Assembly: GCF_000143415.4 (NCBI RefSeq)
Contig: NW_003314313.1
Location: 80,418 to 144,417, forward strand
Source of the DNA: Selaginella moellendorffii
Lineage: Eukaryota > Plantae > Lycopodiophyta
Direction of reading: 5' to 3'
Length of the DNA: 64,000 nt
The notes beneath the pieces are model-generated. The model ran no database searches and was not told where the DNA came from. It worked only from the letters and a program-made list of their open reading frames with translations. A program made the position numbers and the translations under genes. Positions 12,187 to 24,000 of this stretch are shown one piece after another (position 1 is the stretch's first letter; the number at the start of each line of letters is the position of its first letter).

Positions 12187-15100
12187 TGTCAGAAATCCCC
12201 CAATTCTTGCCACATTCCTGACTCTCACCGGATTCCTGACCTGTAGACCACATTCCCAATTCTTGCCACATTCTTGACTCTCACCGGATTCCTGACCTGT
12301 AGACCACATTTCTAACTCTCAAGACACTTCCCTATTCCTGACTCTCTGATTTCCTGTATAATTCCTGAGTCTCGAGCCACATTCCTGATGATGATATGGT
12401 GCCTCCTCGACCTCAGCTATATTTAGGCCGTCCTCAATCCAAGAGTGGTGGAGCTTCATCAACCTATAGTATATATAGGTTAGCCTTGTTCCATTTCTTC
12501 ACAATCTGAATCAACACCAGTCTAAGGCCTCTTCTTCATTATTCACTAGCTTTTCTCTTTGTCTTTTGCATTTTCCAGTCTTGATCTTGTTGGGGGTCTT
12601 GACAGTTTGATTTAGATTGTGTTTTTTTTGTTTTTTTGTTTAGCTCATTTTAATTGTTTGACTGCCTTTGCCTTTCTTCCCCCCTTTCTCTTTCTTCTTT
12701 TCCAATGGAGTCTCCAAGCCATCTTGATTTCTTTGCCAAAGTCCTTGCAAAAATCTAGTCTGAGAATACCGAGCTGAAGGTGACCCTTCTTCGCATGCAG
12801 TAGGAGCTTGCTTCACTTTTGGCTTAAGGATCCAGCAAAGTTCCTGAACCAAAGGTGAGTTTCCCGGCGAAATTTTTAGGGAAACGTTCGGAGCTTCGCA
12901 GATTCCTGAACCAAATGGAGCTAATCTTCGCACTTCAACATCAGTGGTACCCCACTCCTGAGTCTCAAATCGGTGCGATTGGGACATTGCTCTAAGGTGC
13001 AGCTTTGTCATGGTTTTCTCCTCTCCTGGAGAAGAGCATGAAAGGGGTCATGGTTCCGGAGCTGATGGATCTTCAATTGTTCAAAGAGAAGCTTGAAGCA
13101 TGTTTTGGCGAGACGGATTGGGTTCGGGCTGCCACCACAAAGATGAGACGTCTCTCTCAAGGGTCTCATCCTACCTCGATCTATGCTGCAGAGTTCCAAC
13201 TCCTTGCCTTGGACACTTAGTGGGATGAGTGGGCCCTAATTGATCAATTTTGTTTTGGCCTCAACAAAGGTGTCAAGGATTTGTTGCTCACCATAGAGGA
13301 TCCCAAGGACCTGTCGGACGCCATCAACAAAGCTGTTCAATCTGACAATCGTCTCTTTGAACGTCGTCAGGAAAGTCGCCGGGCTGCTATTTTTCCGTCC
13401 CAGAGTCAGGAATCCCAGCTTGAGTCTTTGGGGCATACTCTTGAACCTACTGCTCCAGTCCCGATGGATATTTCTGGTACTCCCTGACTCATTAGAGGGA
13501 AGTTGAGTCCTACTAAGAAGCAACAGCGAATATCTCATAATTTTTGCCTCTACTATGCTGATCCTAATCACAAAGCAACTGTGTGTCCCAAGAAGCCTCC
13601 CCGACTGCTTGAGTTCACTCTGCCTCAAAGTCCACCTCTGTTGCAGTCAGGAAATGACCCTGTCCAAACAGAGTAGGAGCTGTCTGTTTGGACTCCCCGA
13701 ATAAAAATCACTTTTTTTCTTTATCAAGCTCCTCACCACCTTTCATCAAAGCCACCACCAATTCCTGCAACTTCCACGTCCCATGTCTCCTTTTTTTCAC
13801 CGGACGATCAGGACTCAAGGCTCTAGTGCTACTGGACTCGGGTGCAACTTTCTGCTTCATGGACACAGACTTTGCTGCCCAACATCACGTTCCTCTTTCT
13901 CCTACCATAAGGGTTGAAGGCCTCGGCGGGCATTTTGTGTCTCCATCTTCTAGACTTAGGGAAACATTGCCCGTTCAAGTACACATCGAGTCCACCGTCA
14001 CTGATATCGCCTTCAACATCATCAACAACAAGTCCTCCTCTGTGGTGCTCGGTCTTCCTTGGTTCCAACTACATCAGCCTCAGATCTGTTGGAAGGAATT
14101 ATAGCTCATCTCTCCCACATCACCATCTCCCATGGCTTCCCCTGCTGTTCATCGAGTCCGAATCAGGAAAAGTTCCCTAAACTCAAATCGGGGTTCTGTT
14201 CCTGACTCTATGAAGTTTTCACCCTCTTCTTTTTCCTCTCCTCCATCTTACATTGGACAGTATCTTCGTCTCATCATTCCATTTAGTTGTACGCCTCCTC
14301 CTATCTCCACCATCACTATGAAAGGACTCCTTCATGAAGAACCTATTTTCCTTTTTGCTTTGCATGTTTCTTCTGTCAGTCTTCCTGAGAAGTATCATGA
14401 TTTTGGGATGTGTTTGACAAGAAAAAAGCTAGTGTACTGCCTGTTCATCGGCCTTATGATTGTCCCATTGATTTACAGGAAGGAGTATCACCTCCATAAG
14501 GGCCTATCTACGGGTTATCCCTGTCCGAGCTTAAGGCCCTCAAAGAGTACGTGGATGAGAACCTTGCCTCAGGGTACATTCAGCATTCGCAATCCCCAGC
14601 TGGAGCGCCTGTCTTCTTTGTCAAGAAGATGGATGGGAATTTGCGGCTAGTCATTGGCTACCGAGGTTTGAACAAGGTGACTGTTTAGAACCGTTATCTG
14701 CTGCCCCTGATCTCGGACCTGTTGGAACGCCTTGGCTGTGCCCGCTTCTTCACCAAGATCAACCTTCGTGGAACATACAACCTGATCTGGATCCGGCCTG
14801 GTGATGAATGGAAGATTGCGTTCCGAACCCGCTATGGCCACTTCGAGTACACTCATGCCATTTGGCTTGACAAATGCTCCAGCAGTTTTCCAACACATGG
14901 CGAACGACGTCTTTCGGGAGTTTCTTGATCAGATGGTGATTGTCTACCTCGATGACATCCTTATTTACTCAAAAACTTAGGAAGAGCACAATGAACATGT
15001 ACGCAAGGTGCTGGCGAAGTTGCGAGAACACGCCCTATACGTGAAGCTTGAGAAATGTTCCTTCGATCAACAGTCTGTGGAATTCCTTGGGTACATTGTC

Positions 15101-17805
15101 ACTCTTGAGGGTATCACGATGGATCCTGCCAAAGTCAAGACTATTCTCGAATAGGAGCCTCCACAATCAATGTCGGACATTCAAGTTTTCCTTGGCTTCG
15201 CCAACTTCTGCCGCAAATTCATTGATCACTACTCTGATATTGTCTTTCCTCTCACGCATCTCACTCACAAGGATGTTCCCTTCTCTTGGCCTGCCGCTAC
15301 CTAATAAGCCTTCGACACACTCAAGGCGGCCTTCAGTTCTGCTCCCGTCTTGATCCATGCTGATCTCTCACAACCTTTCTTCATCGAGGCTGATGCCTCC
15401 GACTTTGCCATTGGTGCTGTGCTGTCTCAACTCAGAGCGAATCAAGAATTTCATACGGTCGCCTTCCATTCTCAAAAATTCCAGCCTGCAAAGATCAATT
15501 ATGAAATCCACGACAAGGAGCTCCTTGCCATCGTGGATTTCTTTGGAGAGTGGCGCCATTTCTTGGAGGGGCGGGCCATCAAACAATAGTTGACGGATCA
15601 CAAAAATCTCGAGTACTTTGCCACTTCCCAAGTTTTGAGCCATTGTCAAGCAAGGTGGGCACAATTCTTGAGTCGGTTTGACTTTGTTATCAAGTATAGA
15701 CCTAAAAAGCTTCAAGGCCTTCTTGACGCTCTTTCAAGATGCTCCTATCTCAGTCTTAGGCCTGGTAATCCTGCCTTCGATCAACAGGATCAAGTTATCC
15801 TCAGTCTTGATTGGCTTCAAGTTATGGCAATTTCCCTGGCCCCTCAGGACTCCTCCTTGATGGATGTGATTAGAAACGATCTTCAATCCGATGATCTCGC
15901 CAACGACATTTTTCCCCATCTTCAGGCTGGACACCCAGTGACTCCCGATTGTTGGCGATTTGACAAGTTCGAGTTCTTAGATGGCTTATTGTACTGTGGG
16001 GAGCAACTTTAAGTTCCTGAAGGTGATGCTCGAAGGTTGGTCCTGATGGCGTGCCACAATAGCCCAATTGCTGGTCACTTCGGCATAGCAAAAACCTATG
16101 AGCTAGTTGCACGAGACTTTTGGTGGCCTCACATGGACGACTACATCAAAACTTTTGTTACCTCCTATGACACTTGCGCCCAGAATAAGGTACCTCGCCA
16201 CCTTCTTTCAGGTTTGCTTCGTTCCCTCTCAGTCCCTTTAGGTCCTTGGGAATCCATCTCCATGGATTTCTTGAGTGATCTTCCAAGTTCTGGAGGCTTC
16301 AACACCATTTTAGTTCTGTTGGATCACTTCGCAACGATGGTGTATTTCCTTTCGTGTACCAAGGAGTTTTTGGGCGAGGATATGGCAAAACTCGTATTCA
16401 GGGAAATTTTCCGACTTCATGGGATTCCTACAAATGTGGTTTCGGATCCGAGACCTCAGTTCATCTATCATTTCTGGCAATGGTTTTTGCAGCTACTTGG
16501 AGTGAAGGCCAACCTCTCTTCAGCATATCATCCTTAAACTAATGGACAGTCCGAGTGAACGATTCAGACATTAGAACAATTCTTGAGGTGCTTCATCAAC
16601 TATCATCAGGATAACTAGTTCAATATCCTTTCCCTTGCTGAGTTCTCCTATAACAACTCTGTTCACTCCTCTCTTCGAATTTCCTCCTTCTTTACGAACT
16701 CTAGCCGAAATCCCCAATTCAATCTCTCACTTCCTTCTCCATCCGAATCCTCTCATTCAAATCCCTACTCTGAGGCATTTGTCTCCAACCTCCAGGAAAT
16801 CCACAACTCTATCTCCTTCCACCTCCATCGTTCTCAGGAATCTCACAAAACATTTGCCAATGTCCATCATCAAAATTGTCCCCCTTAAAATATTAGAGAT
16901 AAAGTCTGGCTCCTCAAGCGAAATATCTCCACCACCAGGCCCTATCCAAAACTTGATTTCAAACGCCTCGGTCCTTTCCCTATCACTGCCATCATTAATC
17001 TTGTCACTTATTGCCTCACACTTCCCTCCTCATATCAAATTCACCCTATTTTTCACTCCTCTCTCCTTGAGTTGTATATTCCCAGTCCTATTCCAATCAG
17101 GTCATTCCTCCACCTCCACCAGTGTAGCTCAAGGATGGGTCTGAGTACGAGGTTTAGGACATCCTTGATTCCAAGATTTCACGGTCTAAACTCTACTATC
17201 TGGTCGACTGGAAGGGTTATGAACCTGAGGAATGCACTTGGAAACCTGCGGACAACCTGATTCATTCTCCTGACCTTGTTTAGGACTTCCACCACTGCTA
17301 TCCTTTTCATCCTAGTCCTCATTCTTTTTCTCCATCTCCCATCCCTCGCCGCTCATCTCATCCTCCTCTTCGTTCTCGTTCACGTCCTTGTTCCACTCGT
17401 TCTTGAGGAGGGGGTGCTATCAAGAATCCCCCAATTCTTGCCACATTCCTAACTCTCACCGGATTCCTGACCTGCAGACTACATTCTTGACTCTCGAGAC
17501 ACTTCCCTATTCCTGACTCTTGAGACACTTCCCTATTCCTGACTCTTTGATTTCCTGTATGATTCCTAAGTCTCGAGCCACATTCCTGATGATGATGTGG
17601 CACCTCCTTGACCTCAGCTATATTTAGGCCGTCCTCGATCCAAGAGTGGTGGAGCTTCATCAACCTATAATATATATAAGTTAGCCTTGTTCCATTTCTT
17701 CACAATCTAAATCAACACCAGTCTAAGGCCTCTTCTTCATTATTCACTAGCTTTTCTCTTTGTCTTTTGCATTTTCCAGTCTTGATCTTATTGGGGGTCT
17801 TGACA
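12187..17805 (+). mobile_element. Decayed Ty3/gypsy chromovirus, Tcn1-like (family D)
   Basis: LTRs 12187-12604 and 17418-17805, near-TSD CTTAT/TTTAT, PPT TTGAGGAGGGGG, no tRNA-Met PBS. Gag (SWFSPLLEK), protease (LLDSGA), RT (YLDDILIYS), RNase H (EADASDFAIGAVL), integrase (GHFG..SISMDF..SAYHP*TNGQSE) and chromodomain remnant (YLVDWKGYEPEECTW). Many stops and frameshifts. Confidence 0.92.
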
Positions 17806-20800
17806 TTTATCAAGCCAGATTTTCAATTAGCATTTAAGGAGTTGTGCAAACAATGGCAAGCTACACCTTCTGAAGAAGAGCATGAGGCAAAAGCAAATGA
17901 GATCTGAATGTGGTGGCGTGAAGATGGTCATACTGACGTAAGTTGTCTACCACAACTTAAGTCATGGTTGGGGTGGTGGGAAGTTAGAATGTTCTAATGG
18001 GGACATCACTCTTTTCAGGTTAGTTTTTCTTTTTTTCCTCTCTTTTTATTGATTTTTAATATCATCTTTTTATAAGGATCAACCACTTGAGGATCTTGCA
18101 TACACCCCAACTGTGAATCTCTTAGAGAGTAAACATTGGAGCTGGCGTTCTTCTGAGGCAGGGAAAGGGAAGATGAGTCTATATGAAGTATATCTATTAG
18201 ATTTGATACGTGCTGTAGAGCAGTCTTCAAAAGCCTTGGCATTTGAGGAAGGAAGATACATGGGAACAGGACCTTCGGTTGAGATGTTACACAATCGGAT
18301 GAAGAAAAAAGTGACTCCACCAGCACGAACAGTGGCAACTGCAGTGGAGGAAGTGGTCCGTGGCACATCTATGGAGTACACTCCCCAGGCTTCTATTGGT
18401 GATATAAAGACCGTTCGCTCAAAGTGTTGCTTTTCCTTTGCTAGTGAAGATGTTGGCACGGATCTTGGAGCAAAAAGCTTTCACAAGCCTGATGTTGAGT
18501 ATTATTCTGCTCCAAGACATCACCCTCGAACCAAGCCACCTCAAGTGGCTGATGAAGAAAGTGCATCACAGCAGGTTGAAATTGCTTATCGTATCGTGGA
18601 GCCAAAGCAATAGGCAATCCGTCGAGTGCCAGCAAAATCAAATGTAAGGTGTGTGGGGATGCTTCCGAGGGGCAAGTTTTGGGCTTGGATCCATGGTGAC
18701 AAGTTTGCTTCTGTTCCAACCCCATGTTTCCATGGGGAACAAAAGCAAGCAGGATTTTCAAGATGGTGTTGGTTATATTACTGCAACACTGATATCAACC
18801 ATACAAAGTGGCTTGAAAACATTATAGTGACTAAACCTAATGCAGTACCTAAAGAATGACCAGTTGCTAATGGTGTTGCGCTCACCTCGGATGAAATTGA
18901 AAACCTTGAGAAATCTGGTTTCAATCTTCAAAAGAGAGTTGGAGGTATGAGTGATAAAACCAAGACTATTCCTATAGAGATGTATAGGAGGCCAGCAAGA
19001 AAAGGTAAGGCAATTAAATTTATTGGTACTGTCTCTAAGCAGAAGCAAAGTAAAATAAACTTAGCTTAAATACTTGAGTGTGAGATTCTCTCCACAAAGT
19101 ACATCATTGCGCTTGCAAAGGAGTACATAGTCAAAACCGAAGGTGAAGAGTATACAATTGCCATTCAAGACTTTCCTTTTTGCACATGTCCAGACTTTAT
19201 GAAGTGCAAGGAACATGGGAAGGCATATGCTCTTTGCAAGCATATGTACTGCATCTTCATCAACATCTTGCACTAGGATCCTAAAGTGGATATTCATATA
19301 TACCAAGCAAGCCTTACTATTGCCGAGTTGCAGAAAACTTTTGGAGATAATTAGATTTTCCAGCACTATCGATGTTTATTCTCTATCAATAATATAAACT
19401 AATTATACCTTATATAATTAATAAAAATATTTTATTATTTCACTTTTCATTTCATATACTTGCAAGGGTTCTTTTCACAATACTACCCATAGTATTCGTG
19501 AGTCTCCATTTTTGTCTTTACCATCTCAAAAAATATTTCATGGTAGTCTTTCGGGTGCGTGATGTTGCAATGTATTGTGAGAGCATATGTACCATCATAG
19601 TTGTTTTTTTTTCCTTTCAAATGGTTATATGTCCTTATATAGAATCTTAATTCCAATTTAATAATTTTAAAATTCTGACAAACCTGACATTTATTAGCCA
19701 GAAAGCACAAAGTATAAATTTAAAGAAGTGACAAGAATACTCTTTTTGCAAACATTTTATTTTATGTACTAACAAACATCCCTATCATTGCATGTAGTAA
19801 ATATTTAAATTATTAGAACAAGAAATGTCCTTTAGAACATTTTTATCTATATAATATATAGAGAGTTATAAAATTATTAGGTTTGCCATAACTTTAAAAT
19901 TTTAAACTTTATAATGTTTGTACTAAATTATAATTAAAAATTGAGCTCAACTCGTGCACTCAACTCTTCAGCTCATGAGCTCAAGTATGGTCTACACTCT
20001 TGTCCATGAAATGCTATTGCAATAAACAATATATCTTGTGTTTAAGTTTGTCTGTCAATATTCCTTTGAGACCACTGTTAACTTGGACTCATGACCATAA
20101 GTAGAATTTCTTTTTGCATCTTTCCCTCGGTCAATATCCAATACCTATGTTAACTCAGACTTATGACTTTTGTATTTGTTTAGCACCATATATAGGAGGT
20201 TAGACTCACTCCATTTGTTCTCTACATCCTCTTTATCCCTTCTTCAAAGGAAAAAAAGCTCTAAAACACCAGCTCTATTCGAACTCTCTACACTTGTCTT
20301 CACTCCGTTATCTATATTTGGCCTCATTTTATTATTGCATCTATTTAACTTACTATATTTGTTGGATGTTCCATTTGGACTCACTATATTTGTCCTCACT
20401 TCACAATTTATATCATTCCTCCTCACTCCACTATTTTATCCACTTATCTTTATTCCATTATTAAAGGCAGACTCCTATTTGTCTCCTCTACCCCTTCTCC
20501 GAAGAAAAAAAAAGTATGAAGTGTTAAGGCAAAAAAGAGAAAGTAAAAAAAATTAAGGAAAAACCATTGTAGAAGAAGAAAAAGTGGATAAATAAGTATT
20601 GGAAAAAGAATTTGCAACAATTGGCATTGTAGAAATAATGAAAGTAAAAGAAAGATATGTGCTTAAAGCTTGGAAAATAAGGGACTTTTTATAATAAAAT
20701 ACTTCAGCCACCATAATATAAGCAAAAGATTCACACTGATCAACTTCCTCAATACACAACTCAACACTTTGAGACATGAAAATTAATAATAATGTCCATA

Positions 20801-21030
20801 CTCTTAGGGGAATATATAACCTTCTCAACAACAATGGTAAAGCAAAAACTCTCAATAACACTAACAAGTGGGGATACAACCCAAAATTCTAGCTAAAGTA
20901 ACTCAACCTTTAGAATATTTAACACCAAAATTAATCAAAGACTCTGTTAAAGAAATAAAAGCAAAATTCTCAACTTTATACACATACTTAACATGCAGAT
21001 TAGTATAAGGAAGATAAGAAACATTGTAGA

Positions 21031-24000
21031 TGTCACACATGTGATTTCGGGTATCAAAAGTTACCTGTCGACTAGTCCTTACGGACACTCTTACCTTATT
21101 GCCATGATGGCAGGAGGTCAGTATTGCTGGTTCCCTTTAGCAGCCCCTCTTGTTCAAGTGTTAGTTTACTGGGCTTAGCACCTGTACTTAGCCAGATGGA
21201 CATAAGGTAGGAACTCCTATGTGTTTCTAGCTAAGCATACTCGGCCTGGCTCTTAGTTCTCTTTTGCTCTGTCTTGCACTGGCTTGACAAAAACCCTTGC
21301 GTATTGAGACTAGTCCCTCAATATCGCTAGATAATAGCTTACCGTGTCTGCCAAACACCCTCGCTATCATGCCTTTTGTGTTAGTCTCATTTCGGTCCCA
21401 AATGCTATTTATGGAAAGTGTCTAGATTTGCTCATTTGGCATATCTATGGTATGTAGAGATTGGCCTGAACACAATGGTGTTTGTCCCGTATCCAAATTC
21501 GCAATCTAAAGACATTCCATATTTAGTAAGTTTCGAGCAAGGTCGGGCATGGCTGACCAACCTAAGGCATAGTCTAGCTCCCGCTTGCGTGCCTGTCTTT
21601 GTTCTACGTCCGGCTTGGGTCTAAGCCCAAGTTCCATTCCATGCTAGCTGGTGGAGTACCCATGTCCTCACGTTAGGCCACCGGTATATCGAAATAGCGC
21701 CAGACTTCATTTGGCTCTGTTTTGCGTGCTGGTCCTAGCATTAGGATGCTGGTTACTCCAGAACTGTTCCAAGTCGCTCCGGGCTCCTGTCCCTTCACTC
21801 CTTAGGCTGTATGCTCAGGAGTTGCTCCGTGGTTCGGTTCCATCCCTCCTTGGCTCCATGCTTGGGAGTTTGGCACCATTCCTTCGTTCAGTGGCCCAAG
21901 GCCTTGAACCTCAGGTTCCGCACCATTGTCCTTTGGACACGTGGTATATGACACATGGCATGTGTCACATGGTATAAAGAGGGTTTAGGTTCCGCTTCGT
22001 GGTGTTATCCTATGGTAAATCACCATAGGATAAGGGGTCAAAACCACGTGCGCTACATTTGGTATCAGAGAATGAGTCTCAGCGAGTACTATACAATGAG
22101 ATTGGGCAACTAGTCTCGTTGCATACGCAGAGATGAAAACGATGATCCGAGTGGGTACACGTTTGGGTGCAAAGACTTCGCAATCGTTCCTTGGGTATGG
22201 TTTCGGTTACCATTTTGTACCGTATTATATGAGCTTGCTCTTGGGCTCATAAGATGGATTGAGACGTTCCGTTTGCACGAGTTTGTGCTTGGGCTCGTGA
22301 GTGAGGCACATTAGCAACTTGAGGTTACACTTTGAGTTGGCAGGATTAATGTTAGCCTATCAGTGGTTCCATGAGTTCCAATGGTTCCATGAGTTGTTCC
22401 TTGTACCATGGGAGAAAGTAAAACTTCCTTGGGTTTACTATGAGTGGCAAATAGGTTGGTCCGTAGCTGTTTAGCACGGGACTAGTGGATCCTTCCTAGG
22501 CATGATTACAAGTGAATCAACCAAGACTGTAGGGATTAGTCTATTGGTTCAGGTAGTCATTGCCATGCTCTCTCATAAACTTTTCTTGAATTGAACTGAA
22601 GGCAGTGCAAAAGAAACCTTGAGGTTTAGTCAAAGATGAGACCGAAAAGAAAGTCATCGGGGACGAAGGATCAAACACGTAAATCATTTTCTCTTCTTGG
22701 AGAGATGATTTGCAACGAGGTGTTAACTCATTGCTCGTGTTCACATTATGCAATCAAGGGTCCCTACCTTGATGTATATTAGAGATGGTGGTCTTACAAT
22801 GGTGAGTTGTGGGATGGATAGCGGTGAAGTGTTATACCATTTTGTCTAAGCTTGCTATTGGAAGACTTAGGTTGCAATGCTCAATTCTTTTCCAAAGAAC
22901 CTTGTCATTGCTCCTTGAGTAGCTTGGTGTTGGATTAATGTTGAGTTTGGTCGGAAAGAGAGTGGCATGAGCTTGTCCGTGTTGTGAACAAAAGTTAGTG
23001 GTATTAGGTGTTGTAAATCTCTATTGATGGGGTGTGGCATTTATGTTGCAATTTTTCAAATCGAGTTGGCACTTGATATTCACATAAACCTTTGCAGTAG
23101 TGACATGGGCATTGCTCATAATGTTGCTTGATTGATGATCAAGTCATTGTGATTTATATCATATCCATGTGATAATGAGCAATGTGTTTACGAAGTTGCT
23201 TGGTTAAACGATGATCAACCCCAAAGTGGTTGATGGTGAAGCTAGTCTACTTGCACGAAATAGCATTGTAGTAGCCTTGACTGGATTCTCGATAGTGGTC
23301 CATTATGCTAAGCTTAAGTAGGTACCTTGTTTCCTAGAGTTCGCCCATTAAGGTGTTGGAAAAGGGTTATAGCATTCATTTGCTATAACTCATCGGTTAA
23401 TCCATTAGCACTTGGAGTAGATTGTTGAATGGAGAAAATGTGTAGTTGGGGCATTAACGTCACTAACACTTGTGTTAGTGGAAGTGGCATTGTTGATTTG
23501 AGTAATGAGGAATTTTCCTAAGAGCTTGATTTTCCATGTCATTTTTCTTGTTAGTGTTTTGGCTTCACATTGGATCTTGAAGATAGTTGAAGAAGAGTGT
23601 TAGTGCAATATGGATATCTGGAGATATGGTCTTCATGATTAAACCTTGGATGTTCATTTTGCATTTTTGTGGATGTCGGTGTTGGATATCGGTTAGATGG
23701 GCAAAGATGTTTGATGCTTAAGCATATTGATGGATCATGAGAATTTGTGTTGAGGTGAACCTATGTGAAGTTGTTAATAGGAGGAAGTTGGATGAGTCTT
23801 GAAAGTTTGCATTCCTAGACTGAGAGTCATTCTTTCTCTAGGATGGAAAATTTTCCACAAATTTTCTTAGACTTTTCTAATGGCTGATCTGTTGGTCACT
23901 TTGCTCGAAAACCATTTCATTTTCGTAAGCTAATACAAACTATTGAAGGGGTTGGAGTTGGCTTCGGTTGGCTTAAACCTTAGTAAGTAGTTTGTATGAT

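Larger units (their letters stand above)
10069..19370 (+). pseudogene. Decayed Mutator-like (MULE) transposase with C-terminal SWIM zinc finger, interrupted by two insertions
   Basis: Fragments in order: LPSTYNGNIFFKLPP (~10425); GPTFGVDFVSR..DLAN (~11275-11340); QEIFWK..FRGFMADGAGPNWNGVR..RERTCEFHWAQSL (11980-12186); after the LTR element IKPDFQLAFKELCKQW..WLGWWEVR (17809-17990); SWIM FPFCTCPDF..CKHMYCIF (~19170-19260). Several stops. GT-AG introns at ~11047-11107 and ~18019-18077. Confidence 0.78.

Noticed and set aside
20500-21030. Possible decayed LINE ORF1 hosting the C and A insertions (continuing 28197-28674 and 36212-36350)
   Set aside because: A-rich and coding-like, but no motif I can identify with confidence.
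21651-21977. 108-aa ORF repeated in family C LTRs (also 27785-28111)
   Set aside because: GTG start, repetition explained by LTR duplication, and the third copy (~59642 onward) has stops.
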